DNA of 64,000 bases, from positions 64,001 to 128,000 of IMG/VR virus record IMGVR_UViG_3300028048_000063. The stretch is one strand, 5' to 3'. The DNA is from a virus (Duplodnaviria > Caudoviricetes). Under the pieces are notes generated by a model, which was given only the letters and a program-made list of their open reading frames with translations, ran no database searches and had not been told where the DNA came from. Positions 28,934 to 38,680 of this stretch are shown here, piece after piece. The first letter of the stretch is position 1; every line of letters begins with the position of its first letter. Position numbers and translations under genes: made by a program.

Positions 28934-29605
28934 TTAAGCCCTTGTAAGCCCCTGTAAACGCTTTATCTCCTCTAAACAAGCATCTATACTATGTTGAGCC
29001 TTAAGTTCTTTACAGTGCTTTTTAACGGCTTTTATTTCTTCTGTTAAATCTTTGTTCCATTTTATATCTATGAATGTTTTTGCTAACATAATAGCGTCAG
29101 ATTCATCAAAAGATATATCTGTAAATCCATAGGTATTTTTTATATATGTCTGTATATCTTGCTTTTCAACTTTATGTTTATTATCCCAATTCATTAAATG
29201 TCTGAGATAAGCATGAGTTGAAATAGGATATACACCAACATAATCATAAACAGCTATGTTGTGTGAATAAGTATAATAGTCCAACATAGCATGACTTTTT
29301 GCTAATGCAATAAAAGTCTGTACAGTTGAGGATCCACCACGTAATTGCACTGGCATAGCCTCTTTATATACTAAAATATCATTAAGATTAATTCCTAGTG
29401 ATGATAATGAGTTAAAGAACGTATCTAACTCTGCGTATAAAGCAGCTACTCCAAGTTCATGATCCTTGTTAACTTTTAAGACTTTTGTTTGTATAGGAAT
29501 ATTTTTACTTAAATCCCAAATACATACACCAGTTATACGACTAGCTAAGTCAAACATTATAAGATATTTATAATTATCAAGATTTTTATGAAACTTAATT
29601 TCCAT
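28934..29605 (-). CDS. RuvC-like Holliday junction resolvase
   Basis: FDLASRITG, YKE and DESDAI acidic motifs. Confidence 0.75.
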   Translation of the reverse strand: MEIKFHKNLDNYKYLIMFDLASRITGVCIWDLSKNIPIQTKVLKVNKDHELGVAALYAELDTFFNSLSSLGINLNDILVYKEAMPVQLRGGSSTVQTFIALAKSHAMLDYYTYSHNIAVYDYVGVYPISTHAYLRHLMNWDNKHKVEKQDIQTYIKNTYGFTDISFDESDAIMLAKTFIDIKWNKDLTEEIKAVKKHCKELKAQHSIDACLEEIKRLQGLTRA

Positions 29606-29606
29606 C

Positions 29607-29906
29607 TTAATCCTGTGTTGCGATTGCTACTTCTTCAGCTCCTGGGGCAACTTTGCAACAAATAAATGAATTAGCTAAATTATTTTGAATTTTATAAACA
29701 TAACAATATTCACCTGGTGTAAAATTAAATTTTGTCATGTTTGGTACATTATAAATGACTGAAGTTTTGTCTGGAATGACATACACATTATAGTGGTTTG
29801 CATCAACTTGAGATGTCACTTCACACAATATTGTACAGTCTAATTTATTAAGTTCTTGTTGGATGATGTCACGAATGACATCGACCATCTTATCAGCTGC
29901 ACTCAT
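29607..29906 (-). CDS. Small tail/baseplate protein (OB-fold-like)
   Basis: N-terminal helix then beta strands, GEYCYV; context. Confidence 0.45.
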   Translation of the reverse strand: MSAADKMVDVIRDIIQQELNKLDCTILCEVTSQVDANHYNVYVIPDKTSVIYNVPNMTKFNFTPGEYCYVYKIQNNLANSFICCKVAPGAEEVAIATQD

Positions 29907-29928
29907 GATATCCTCCTTGTAGTAATGA

Positions 29929-29959
29929 TAAAAAACCCTTCACCATTGCTAGTGAAGGG
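29929..29959 (-). terminator. Intrinsic terminator
   Basis: CCCTTCAC/GTGAAGGG stem plus T-run on the minus strand. Confidence 0.7.
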
Positions 29960-29966
29960 CAAAAAA

Positions 29967-30203
29967 TTACTTTTCCTCTTCTACTTCTTGTTCTACAACT
30001 TCTTCTGCAGCTTCTTCTGCGATTGGTTCTACAACTAAGTATTGTCTGTTTTGAGGCTTTTTACCTTTCTTTTTTGTTTTTGCCTCTTCTTCAGCAGCCT
30101 TTTTTGCTGCTTCTTCTGCTGCTGCACGAGCTGCTGCTTCTGCTGCTCTTCTTTTTCTTGTTGCTGCATTCTTTTTCAATAATTCTGCTTTTGTAATTGT
30201 CAT
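29967..30203 (-). CDS. Small Ala/Lys/Glu-rich protein
   Basis: 78-aa ORF with AGGAGG SD; basic N-terminus, acidic C-terminus. Confidence 0.65.
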   Translation of the reverse strand: MTITKAELLKKNAATRKRRAAEAAARAAAEEAAKKAAEEEAKTKKKGKKPQNRQYLVVEPIAEEAAEEVVEQEVEEEK

Positions 30204-30224
30204 GTTAACTATCCTCCTAACTAA

Positions 30225-30608
30225 TTACTTATTGTTTTTGAGTGTATATAATACTGACTCGATTTTCTCTCCTAACCATTTCTCTATATCACCAAAATTA
30301 GATTCTATATATGATTTAAGTTCATCGGTTAGTTGTCCTTTAATTATTGCTAAAGCTTTATCTTTTGCTTTTGCTTGTGCCTCTGCATCGAACTTTCCGT
30401 CCTTCTTTAAAGCTTCTACAAATTCTTGGTACACTGTTTTTACTGCATCTGTAACTATTGTTGTAACTTTTGTTAAGAACATAGCTAAATTTTTATCTTT
30501 AATTTTAGTATTCAACCAGTTGGTTAATACTACTACACCCCAACTAACTAAACCTGTTACAACAATTCCAAGAGCAGATAATAAAATATTTAAAACTTCT
30601 TGTGGCAT
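30225..30608 (-). CDS. Holin (LL-H-like)
   Basis: One N-terminal TM helix, AVKTVYQ, KIESVLY pattern. Confidence 0.7.
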   Translation of the reverse strand: MPQEVLNILLSALGIVVTGLVSWGVVVLTNWLNTKIKDKNLAMFLTKVTTIVTDAVKTVYQEFVEALKKDGKFDAEAQAKAKDKALAIIKGQLTDELKSYIESNFGDIEKWLGEKIESVLYTLKNNK

Positions 30609-30751
30609 AATGTTTCTCCTTTTAAAAAATTAATCTACCCCAGTCATTGGGGTGAACATAATACTTAGAGTATTATTATAAAATGACCAATAAAACAGTA
30701 ATTTTATAATAATACTCGGCGAGCCGAAGCTCGCTTCGTATTATTTTTGTG

Positions 30752-30895
30752 TTATTTTTTACTAGCAGTACAATTTTCTGTTTTATCGATCGTATATTGA
30801 TGCGATTGTGTACAGTATTGTTGATACATACACTTCTTCTTGGTTAACTTACACGTATAACCAGTCTTTTTGCTGCCAGTTAAATATTTACACAT
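30752..30895 (-). CDS. Small Cys-rich protein (47 aa), below the ORF-track cutoff
   Basis: Manual translation MCKYLTGSKKTGYTCKLTKKKCMYQQYCTQSHQYTIDKTENCTASKK; GGGGA SD right after the major tail gene. Confidence 0.6.
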   Translation of the reverse strand: MCKYLTGSKKTGYTCKLTKKKCMYQQYCTQSHQYTIDKTENCTASKK

Positions 30896-30907
30896 ATTGA
30901 TCCCCTA

Positions 30908-31990
30908 TTATGCTGCTACGATCTTAACTGTATCTGTGAGATCTTCATATGCAACTGTAATATCATAACCAACAGCTGCTGCTTTAAACTTACCCTCTGA
31001 ATCTAATGCGTCTTCTGTATCATTATAGGTAAATGTTACATCTGCATTATCAAGTTTAACAAGTTTTCCACTTTCTCTTTCAGCATAAACAATTGGTGTT
31101 GAACCAGCTACTAAACAGTCTTCATCAATAATAAGTGCTTTATAATCTGAAACTTCACGATCATAAATAACTTCAATGATTCTTAAGAGTTTTCCACCAA
31201 CAGAGTCACATTCTAATGATTCAGATGCAAGTGCGATACCTGCGAGTGACATTGTTTGGTTGGAGCTCATGTTCATTGAGAATTCTTGTGCACCATTAAG
31301 TTGGAAACGTGGTACTTCGAAAGTGATTGTGCCTGCTTCTTTACCTTGAGAAGCTGCACATGAGTCTCCTGCAAAAATAGGAGCTGTGATGATTAAGTAT
31401 AACTCTTGTGGAACGATAAGAGTTTGAATTTCAGCTGAAACTGCCTTGCTGTCTTCTGCTAAATAACGAACACAGTAATTTGCATTTTGTTCTAATCCTG
31501 CTGCTGAAGCTTCTTCTGCTGTGAAAGAACCTACATACTTGTCACCAGATTTTGTACAGCTTGCGAGATTGATTGAATGCCAATCATCTGTTCCTTCTTT
31601 TGCGAACCAAATTGTAATTGGGTCGCTGTCAAGACATGCAACTGGTAATGCAAGAGCTTGTCTTGCAAGACTGAAAGTATTGTCTCCTTCGTATGTACAT
31701 TTATCTGTGAAATATGCCTTTTGGTCATCGTCACTCATGTAAACACCAAGTTGTGCTTCGAGGTATTCGTGTTTCCATTGAATATCTGTTAAGTTGATTT
31801 CAACGTTTGTGTCATGATAGAAAGAGAATTGGATAGGTGCTCCTGTACCACCACGAATATCGTCTTTTGTTGTACTAATATTTAATCCAGAGTCTGTTAA
31901 TGTTTTTGAGACAAAAGCTAATTCAAATTTACCGTCAACAATACGGAAAGCTTCTGCCTTACCAACTGAACCTAAAAAATATTTTGCCAT
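30908..31990 (-). CDS. Major tail tube protein
   Basis: Beta-rich; DIRGG.G and FEVPRFQLNG..FSM motifs; position after neck genes. Confidence 0.7.
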   Translation of the reverse strand: MAKYFLGSVGKAEAFRIVDGKFELAFVSKTLTDSGLNISTTKDDIRGGTGAPIQFSFYHDTNVEINLTDIQWKHEYLEAQLGVYMSDDDQKAYFTDKCTYEGDNTFSLARQALALPVACLDSDPITIWFAKEGTDDWHSINLASCTKSGDKYVGSFTAEEASAAGLEQNANYCVRYLAEDSKAVSAEIQTLIVPQELYLIITAPIFAGDSCAASQGKEAGTITFEVPRFQLNGAQEFSMNMSSNQTMSLAGIALASESLECDSVGGKLLRIIEVIYDREVSDYKALIIDEDCLVAGSTPIVYAERESGKLVKLDNADVTFTYNDTEDALDSEGKFKAAAVGYDITVAYEDLTDTVKIVAA

Positions 31991-32026
31991 AGTTTTCTCC
32001 TTTAAAAATTTTTTAATTTTAATATA

Positions 32027-33040
32027 TTATCCAAGGCTATTTTGAATTTCTTCTACTGTCTTATAGGTATCACCATACATATCTTTATTTGGTTTATAAA
32101 TCCAATGTTCGATTGTTTGACCTTTTGGCAGCGAGACGAATCCACTCATAATAGCTTGTTTCATAATTTTATAGTTGATTAAATCATCAACTGTGCTTAA
32201 AGCAAGATTAAATTTTCTTATTGGCATATTATATATTTCATCAAATTTATAATTAGTTGCTATTGATAAACAAACAACCTTTTTCTCAATCGAAGCATGC
32301 AAATCGCTTTTCATTTGTTCAAGTCGAAGTTTTTCGTCATGATCTCGCTTAATTGCGGGATCAACCCACGAATCATCTGCATAGTCAGAGAAATTTTGAT
32401 ATAATATAATTTGCCTTAATTTATTAAAATCTTGTTTTGAAATTTCATGCCCATCAATAAGTAAACAATTACCTTTACCAGAAGAATCTGGCATCGTTTT
32501 AATCATTTCTTGAAACTCTGTACCCTCACAATGTGGACATTTTAACTGTGGAGGTTGTATATTATTTTGGTCTATATCTTGCATTTTTGTATTTTTTGTA
32601 AAATTTTCAAAATCTTTAATAAAATCCATAAATGCTGGACTATCATACTTCATCACTTCACCACAATGTGTACATTTTAAACCATTGGTGATATGAAAAA
32701 CGATTTCAAATAATTTTTGCAATTTATACGACCACATTTGTCCCTCTTTTGGATCTTGAAGTTTAGAAATTAAATAATCTAAATGCGACATTTTAATTCC
32801 TTCTTTTGTTTCATTTTTATTTAACGTTAGACAACTTGTACACATTGAAAACACTTCAAAATCTCTAACTGTGGCGGGATAAATAGTTAAGCCATTAAAT
32901 GGTATAGGTTTATCTTCTCGAAAATATTCTATTTCGTATCTTTGTAATAAATCTACAATATCTTTTCTTAATTGACCATATTTATTATCCGCTATCGGAC
33001 CTTCTTTAAATTGAATTTTCTTTTCTTCACCTTCTGCCAT
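32027..33040 (-). CDS. Tail assembly protein with inserted zinc ribbon
   Basis: CTHC...CPHC; EIYNMPIRKF chaperone-like motif. Confidence 0.5.
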   Translation of the reverse strand: MAEGEEKKIQFKEGPIADNKYGQLRKDIVDLLQRYEIEYFREDKPIPFNGLTIYPATVRDFEVFSMCTSCLTLNKNETKEGIKMSHLDYLISKLQDPKEGQMWSYKLQKLFEIVFHITNGLKCTHCGEVMKYDSPAFMDFIKDFENFTKNTKMQDIDQNNIQPPQLKCPHCEGTEFQEMIKTMPDSSGKGNCLLIDGHEISKQDFNKLRQIILYQNFSDYADDSWVDPAIKRDHDEKLRLEQMKSDLHASIEKKVVCLSIATNYKFDEIYNMPIRKFNLALSTVDDLINYKIMKQAIMSGFVSLPKGQTIEHWIYKPNKDMYGDTYKTVEEIQNSLG

Positions 33041-33052
33041 CTTATGCCTCCT

Positions 33053-33781
33053 TTAGAAGCTTTGCGCTGGATTTGAAGAAATTCCAGAAATAGCCATATT
33101 AAAGTTAATTTTATGACCAAAATAAGATCTTCTGTTATATACTGTCATTTTAGCATTACCTTCAATTTTTGAACCTAAGCCTGTCATGGCGTTGTTAATG
33201 TTAAATTGTAAATACCCTATTCCGTCTAAATACAATCCGTTTAATTCTGCTAGAATACACTTAAGTAATACTGATGTTCTGGACTTAAATCTTACTGTAG
33301 GATTCTCGAGATCTGTATAATAATAATCATTTGGATTTGTTTCTGGGTTAGACTCTAAATCTGCATCCCCATATACAACGTCAGCATTAATATGTGTAAC
33401 TGTTTCTACAGAAACAATCACATTAGCTCTCATATGATCGATAGGATATAAGTCGTCTACATAAATATAGACAGAACTACATTCTTCTGCCCAAGCATCG
33501 TTACAAAAAGGTTGTAAGAATAATCTTAAAGAACCAGTTTGTCCACCTGTTGGACTTGATCCAAATCCTTGAGTAATTTCCATTTTTTCTGCCATTGTTA
33601 GGTTTTCCATTGCAAGGGCATCTCTAGAATTATATTTTAATACTTTCCAAAACATTTCTGCATCTTTTGTTTTAGAATTTAATAAATGTTCAACAATTTT
33701 ACATTCTATACCATCAATGTTTGGTATACGATTAAACTCACTATAATCACTGTATCCATAATAATTATTTGTATTTGCCAT
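33053..33781 (-). CDS. Putative tail terminator/completion protein
   Basis: Position between head closure and tail tube genes. Confidence 0.45.
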   Translation of the reverse strand: MANTNNYYGYSDYSEFNRIPNIDGIECKIVEHLLNSKTKDAEMFWKVLKYNSRDALAMENLTMAEKMEITQGFGSSPTGGQTGSLRLFLQPFCNDAWAEECSSVYIYVDDLYPIDHMRANVIVSVETVTHINADVVYGDADLESNPETNPNDYYYTDLENPTVRFKSRTSVLLKCILAELNGLYLDGIGYLQFNINNAMTGLGSKIEGNAKMTVYNRRSYFGHKINFNMAISGISSNPAQSF

Positions 33782-33793
33782 ATATCTTCTCCC

Positions 33794-34984
33794 TTATACT
33801 CCTTGTCTTAAATCTAATTTGAAACTTGATGAAAATGCTTTATGGTTTGGTGAATCTTCGGCATTAACACTCCAAGTTAAAATTAAATTACCCCTTAAAT
33901 AAAGCTTTTTCCTTATTAATGTAAATACGTTGCTTTCTGTTGTTAAACCAATATAAGAAAAAATATCAACATTTAAAGGTAAGTTTTCTAATTGACAAGA
34001 TAGATTGATTTTAATATTAGGAATAACCACTCCGTGTGAATTTACTACGACTGGTTTAAATATAATTCCTAGTGAGTCTAAGAATGTTGGTATCTTATCA
34101 GGACCTTCGAATATAATACTATAAGTTTCTTCTCCTTCCTCGCCTGGTGTTACAGGTGTTGGTTCATCTGTAATTATTAAATCTTCTGTAGATTGATATG
34201 CGATACGATGTTCAAAGTCGTCATAAGGGGAAGTTTCTGTGAGTTCTAAATAAATACGCATTAACCCAACATCTTCTGGATTAAATGTAGAATTACCATA
34301 AAATTTATTTATTGCTTTAATTCTATAAACTTTATCATAACCAACGATAAAACGTTGATTAATATAATAATTTTTTGTGTATTCATTATGTTGAGCAATG
34401 ATTAATAATTGAGATTGTGGTGATACTGCAACTTCATTATATACTAAACTTACAGACGTTAAATCACGTCCTTGAATAACAGGTTCGTAGTGATAATGAG
34501 CGACACTTTGTTCGTCTAAATAAATACTCCCGAGACTGCCGTTACATCTCTCTATAACCATACTGGCTGTGATTTTAGCACCATTAGTATTGGTTGCGAT
34601 CCAAACATTTTTATCCTTATCTGCGATAGGACTACCATCATCATTTGTTGTGCCAAAGCTATGCTCAAATCTAAAACGACTACCAATAACGAATCTATCT
34701 TCAAGAATATTCTTAAAAACTATACTCTTACAGTCGTCAGAAATTGCGCTACCCTTCTCAGATTTTACACTTTGCACCACTACTTCGATAGGTGAATATG
34801 TTTGTTTACCCCATTCATTCTCATATTCAATATCAACACGATTTGGTCTATAAGACCACTCAGCATTAACTTTGTCTTGTAATTCTTTAATAAAATAATT
34901 ATCTTTACTATAATTTTTTGGAGTTTGTGATAAAATATCGTAACGGTTAGCGGAATGGGTTATATTAATTACTCTTCTCGTCAC
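33794..34984 (-). CDS. Putative head closure/neck protein
   Basis: Beta-rich, INQRFI..YRIK motif; synteny. Confidence 0.5.
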   Translation of the reverse strand: MTRRVINITHSANRYDILSQTPKNYSKDNYFIKELQDKVNAEWSYRPNRVDIEYENEWGKQTYSPIEVVVQSVKSEKGSAISDDCKSIVFKNILEDRFVIGSRFRFEHSFGTTNDDGSPIADKDKNVWIATNTNGAKITASMVIERCNGSLGSIYLDEQSVAHYHYEPVIQGRDLTSVSLVYNEVAVSPQSQLLIIAQHNEYTKNYYINQRFIVGYDKVYRIKAINKFYGNSTFNPEDVGLMRIYLELTETSPYDDFEHRIAYQSTEDLIITDEPTPVTPGEEGEETYSIIFEGPDKIPTFLDSLGIIFKPVVVNSHGVVIPNIKINLSCQLENLPLNVDIFSYIGLTTESNVFTLIRKKLYLRGNLILTWSVNAEDSPNHKAFSSSFKLDLRQGV

Positions 34985-35327
34985 TGATATTTCCTCCTTG
35001 TAATTCTTTTATAAGATGGTCTACAATACCTTTAGCTTCCATGATTTGTCTTTTAATTTGAGCATGAGTCATAGTTTTATAATTTTGATTATCATATAAT
35101 CCGTGGATTTTTATGACAACTCTTGTGAGTTTGTTTGAGCATAAAACATTTGCCGAAGCTAAATCAAACATAAACCCATAAAACCATAAACTAATATCAT
35201 TACCTGAATTCTGTTCAGACTCAATCATATATAATAATTTGATCAATTGACTTCTAATAGAGGTGTAACATTCTTTTTCCTCTGTTAATGAAAAATGTCG
35301 TTTAACATTTCCAGAATTATTTTCCAA
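34965..35327 (-). CDS. Hypothetical neck-region protein
   Basis: 120-aa ORF overlapping its neighbours. Confidence 0.6.
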   Translation of the reverse strand: MENNSGNVKRHFSLTEEKECYTSIRSQLIKLLYMIESEQNSGNDISLWFYGFMFDLASANVLCSNKLTRVVIKIHGLYDNQNYKTMTHAQIKRQIMEAKGIVDHLIKELQGGNISDEKSN

Positions 35328-36027
35328 ATTTCACTCCTCCTTTAGGGGTAGCCATGATCCTCCAGTTAAGTTCTGCCACTAAAGTATCCATATCCCTATT
35401 CATTTGATTACGCCATTCACTTTTCGCCCTTGCCGAATTTGCAGGAGAATACATCTTAAAATCAGTGTCTGTTAAAATGTTTCTGACTTCTAATACTCTA
35501 CCAACCTCTTTATCACCCCAAGCAGATAAAAGAGCATATGCTAGAATATTAATAATCTTGTCCATAATAGCGTCCATATTAAAATCTGGACGCAAACAAT
35601 CTGAAAAATCAGCTGTAAATGCACCTGCATAGAACCAAGTTACACTCCATGTTTCATTAGCCTCAACTACTCTTGCAAAAGTTACAGAATTATTCTCTGG
35701 ATCATATGATCCTGGAACAATTTTGTCGTTAATTCTATAAGTGAAGCCAACTCCTACACCATTATTTTTAACTTGTTGTTCTAAAACGTAAGTGTCTGAT
35801 CCATCACCTGAATCTTTTTCTATATATCCTTCTGCCGCATCATATATATTTAATTTATCGGTAATTGCGACTGGAGAAGTAAATTTATTCTTACCGATAA
35901 TCAAGAAATCAAGCATATCGCTTTGAAATCCTGCTCTATCATTAAAGTATTTTTGATCAATGTCAGGGTCTGAAAACAGATTAAAAGCACGATCAAAAAT
36001 ATCGCTAAAATATATCATATTATTCAT
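35317..36027 (-). CDS. Putative head-tail adaptor
   Basis: FSDIFD..., DFKMYSPAN motif; two genes downstream of the MCP. Confidence 0.55.
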   Translation of the reverse strand: MNNMIYFSDIFDRAFNLFSDPDIDQKYFNDRAGFQSDMLDFLIIGKNKFTSPVAITDKLNIYDAAEGYIEKDSGDGSDTYVLEQQVKNNGVGVGFTYRINDKIVPGSYDPENNSVTFARVVEANETWSVTWFYAGAFTADFSDCLRPDFNMDAIMDKIINILAYALLSAWGDKEVGRVLEVRNILTDTDFKMYSPANSARAKSEWRNQMNRDMDTLVAELNWRIMATPKGGVKFGK

Positions 36028-36110
36028 CCCCCTTTCATGTGTATACCCAACTGTGTTTTTGCAACACAGCGGGTTAAAGTACTCTGAATTAATATAAAAA
36101 GCTACTTATC

Positions 36111-36740
36111 TTACATTTCTGTTGGAAGAATTTTATATCTGCCACTGATTTCATCTTGCTCTCTTGCAAAAGCACCATTTGTTAATCTGTTCATAAGGTC
36201 AATCTTTGCACGATCTACGAAATCAGGATCTCCAGATATAAACTTGTCTTTATAGAAAGAAACAATACAATGCTTGTGAGAAGTTAACGTTGTTTGATTC
36301 CATAAATCTTCAAGTTCTGCTAGACTAAGTTTACCAATATTTGCAAGCTTGCTAGCTGTTAAACCAAAGTCTTTATCTGTTTTTAATCCTTTTGCGGCAG
36401 CAATATCTAAATTCTTATTAGAAACTGCTAAAATGCCTTCATCAAACCATTTTCTATATTTGCCAACAAGTTCATCAAATTGTATTCTACTAAGTGTGAA
36501 TTCTTCACCAAATTTATTAAAACGTAACTCTAAATTACTAATCTTAGCACATCCTAAACTATTTGAACAATAAACAATTGTTACATCTGTACTTGGTACA
36601 GTAAATGTTACGTTTGGTGCTGGTGTTGTATATGAACTTTGTTGTCCTTTACTTTGCTCTGCCAACAGAGCTTTCAATTGTGCTATTTCAGCTTGTAATT
36701 CAGCCTTTGTTGGGCCTTTTGTTGTGTTATTTGTAGCCAT
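36111..36740 (-). CDS. Hypothetical head-region protein
   Basis: Start moved to ATG 36740 (MATNNTTK) with an AAGGAGA SD. Confidence 0.65.
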   Translation of the reverse strand: MATNNTTKGPTKAELQAEIAQLKALLAEQSKGQQSSYTTPAPNVTFTVPSTDVTIVYCSNSLGCAKISNLELRFNKFGEEFTLSRIQFDELVGKYRKWFDEGILAVSNKNLDIAAAKGLKTDKDFGLTASKLANIGKLSLAELEDLWNQTTLTSHKHCIVSFYKDKFISGDPDFVDRAKIDLMNRLTNGAFAREQDEISGRYKILPTEM

Positions 36741-36766
36741 AATTTTTTCTCCTTTTACCTCTTTAC

Positions 36767-36796
36767 ATAAACCCAACCCCGAAGGATTGGGTTTAT
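36767..36796 (-). terminator. Hairpin/terminator after the major capsid gene
   Basis: ATAAACCCAATCC-TTCG-GGGTTGGGTTTAT. Confidence 0.65.
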
Positions 36797-36825
36797 AATA
36801 TTTTTTAATTAATCTGTGTTAAGAA

Positions 36826-37911
36826 TTATAATGTGATTGTACCGTATTTTGGTCCAACGATAGCTGCAACACCAACTCTCATTTCAACAGAGATACCATA
36901 TCTTCTGTCTGATGTATGATCTGGGTCAAATGATACAGAAACTTCGTTTCCTTCAAATAAAATCTTAACTGGTTTTGCACCGCCAACTGGTACCATATAA
37001 ATAATATTATCTGGTAAAACAAGTTGTGCTGTTGTGTTTGTTGTTCCTGGAACGAGAACGTTGCTAATTGCAACAAGTGGAACTCCAAGATATTGATCAA
37101 GGTATCCAACTTTATTCATTTCTTCACCGATTTCAACTTGGAAGTTTCCAGCGAGTGAAACATTGCTTAATGCAACTGCTGTACCGATTGCAACAACGCT
37201 CATACCACCGTTAGCTGCGGATACTCTTTCTCTAAGTGTTCCGAAGAGGTCTGGTGTAATACCATTAACTGTATAAGCTGCACCAAAGTCTGTTGTTGCT
37301 TGTGTCATACCCTTAACTGCCTTTAAGAAAATGTATGCCATGAATGACTTACCAATCTTAAGAGCGAAGTTACCCATATCAAAAATACCACTTACAAATG
37401 GATACCAATCGATAGATGCATCGATTGTGATAGGATGTGCATTAAGAGTAATCTCTGTATCGAACATTGGTTGATCGATTCCTTTTCTTACGCCTTCAGC
37501 TTTGCTGTTTACTTTGAAGAGGTCGTTAGATTCGATAATGAATCTTGCTGTCTCGCCGTAACCTACTTGATGTACTTCAGAAATGAATCTTGAGAATGTG
37601 TCGTTTGTAACTGTTGGAACGATAACATTAACAACTTGTGCAATAACTGCATTGAAGTTATCTCTTACTGTGCTATTATTCTTAACCATTGGTCTTGCAA
37701 AGATTGCTAAACCGTCTGCTTCGAAGTCTGCTTCGTAACGTGTTCCTTCTACAGCTTTCTTACCCATAGCTTCGAGTAATTCTCTGTTTTTATCTTCATA
37801 ATCGCTAGCTACTTTACCTTCGTAACGTGCCATTGCTAATTCAACTGTGCAGTCAACTAAAGAGTTGAAAGCTTCATCATTAGATTTTGTGTAACTGAAC
37901 ATCTTTTTCAT
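36826..37911 (-). CDS. Major capsid protein (HK97 fold)
   Basis: 361 aa, strongly biased codons, YLGVPLV motif; follows scaffold and decoration genes. Confidence 0.8.
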   Translation of the reverse strand: MKKMFSYTKSNDEAFNSLVDCTVELAMARYEGKVASDYEDKNRELLEAMGKKAVEGTRYEADFEADGLAIFARPMVKNNSTVRDNFNAVIAQVVNVIVPTVTNDTFSRFISEVHQVGYGETARFIIESNDLFKVNSKAEGVRKGIDQPMFDTEITLNAHPITIDASIDWYPFVSGIFDMGNFALKIGKSFMAYIFLKAVKGMTQATTDFGAAYTVNGITPDLFGTLRERVSAANGGMSVVAIGTAVALSNVSLAGNFQVEIGEEMNKVGYLDQYLGVPLVAISNVLVPGTTNTTAQLVLPDNIIYMVPVGGAKPVKILFEGNEVSVSFDPDHTSDRRYGISVEMRVGVAAIVGPKYGTITL

Positions 37912-37943
37912 AGTTATTCCTCCCTATTGTATTCCGCACTAGA

Positions 37944-38495
37944 TTATAATTGAACAACTTCACAAAGATAGATCTTACCATCACTCTTCATACCTGTTGT
38001 AAGGTCTTCTTCGACTAAAACTTTGACTCTTAATCCTGTTCCAGTTAAAGATGCTGCTGGTGCAAAAGTTGTCTTACCTGCTGCTGGAGCACCAAATTGA
38101 CCAACTGTTGGTGTGCTTGCGAAGTTAGCTTCACCTAACCAGAATTTGTCATGGAGAGCGAGTCTTCTTACTCTGTAAATTGTTCCTGCTGGTACTGTTA
38201 AACCATAAAGCTTAATACCATATTTAATTACGTTATTTGGTGTATATCCAGATTCAGAATATTCTTCAATTCCTGCATAGTCACAAATAACAACTTCGTC
38301 GTTAGCTGCTGTTGGAGCAGTTGCTACATATACGTCGTACTCTTTACCATTTGCTGCGTATGTTGTATCTGCTGCTAAATCTCCTAATTTAACGATAGCA
38401 CCGTCTGGGATTGCAACTTCTGATACAGCATTAGCTAAATAAGAGTCTACTACGTTGCTAATCATTTTGCCTGTTTTAAAAACATTAGCTGCCAT
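37944..38495 (-). CDS. Head decoration/cement protein
   Basis: 183 aa, Ala/Gly/Thr-rich, between scaffold and MCP. Confidence 0.6.
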   Translation of the reverse strand: MAANVFKTGKMISNVVDSYLANAVSEVAIPDGAIVKLGDLAADTTYAANGKEYDVYVATAPTAANDEVVICDYAGIEEYSESGYTPNNVIKYGIKLYGLTVPAGTIYRVRRLALHDKFWLGEANFASTPTVGQFGAPAAGKTTFAPAASLTGTGLRVKVLVEEDLTTGMKSDGKIYLCEVVQL

Positions 38496-38680
38496 AATCT
38501 TTTTTCTCCTTATATTTTAAATATTGTTTTAAATAATTATATTAAAAACCACGAAATAACCCTCTGTATTAAAAACTAACTTCGGCATATTAATTAATAA
38601 ACATAAACTTATACTCGGGTTTTTAACCTATGTTAAAAACTGAACCTGTTTAGGTTCGAATGTTAAATGAAATGATCTTT

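Noticed and set aside
30668-30734. 17-bp AT-rich inverted repeat plus a GC hairpin upstream of the holin, as a possible ncRNA or MITE
   Set aside because: Single copy with no target-site duplication; most simply terminator or leader hairpins
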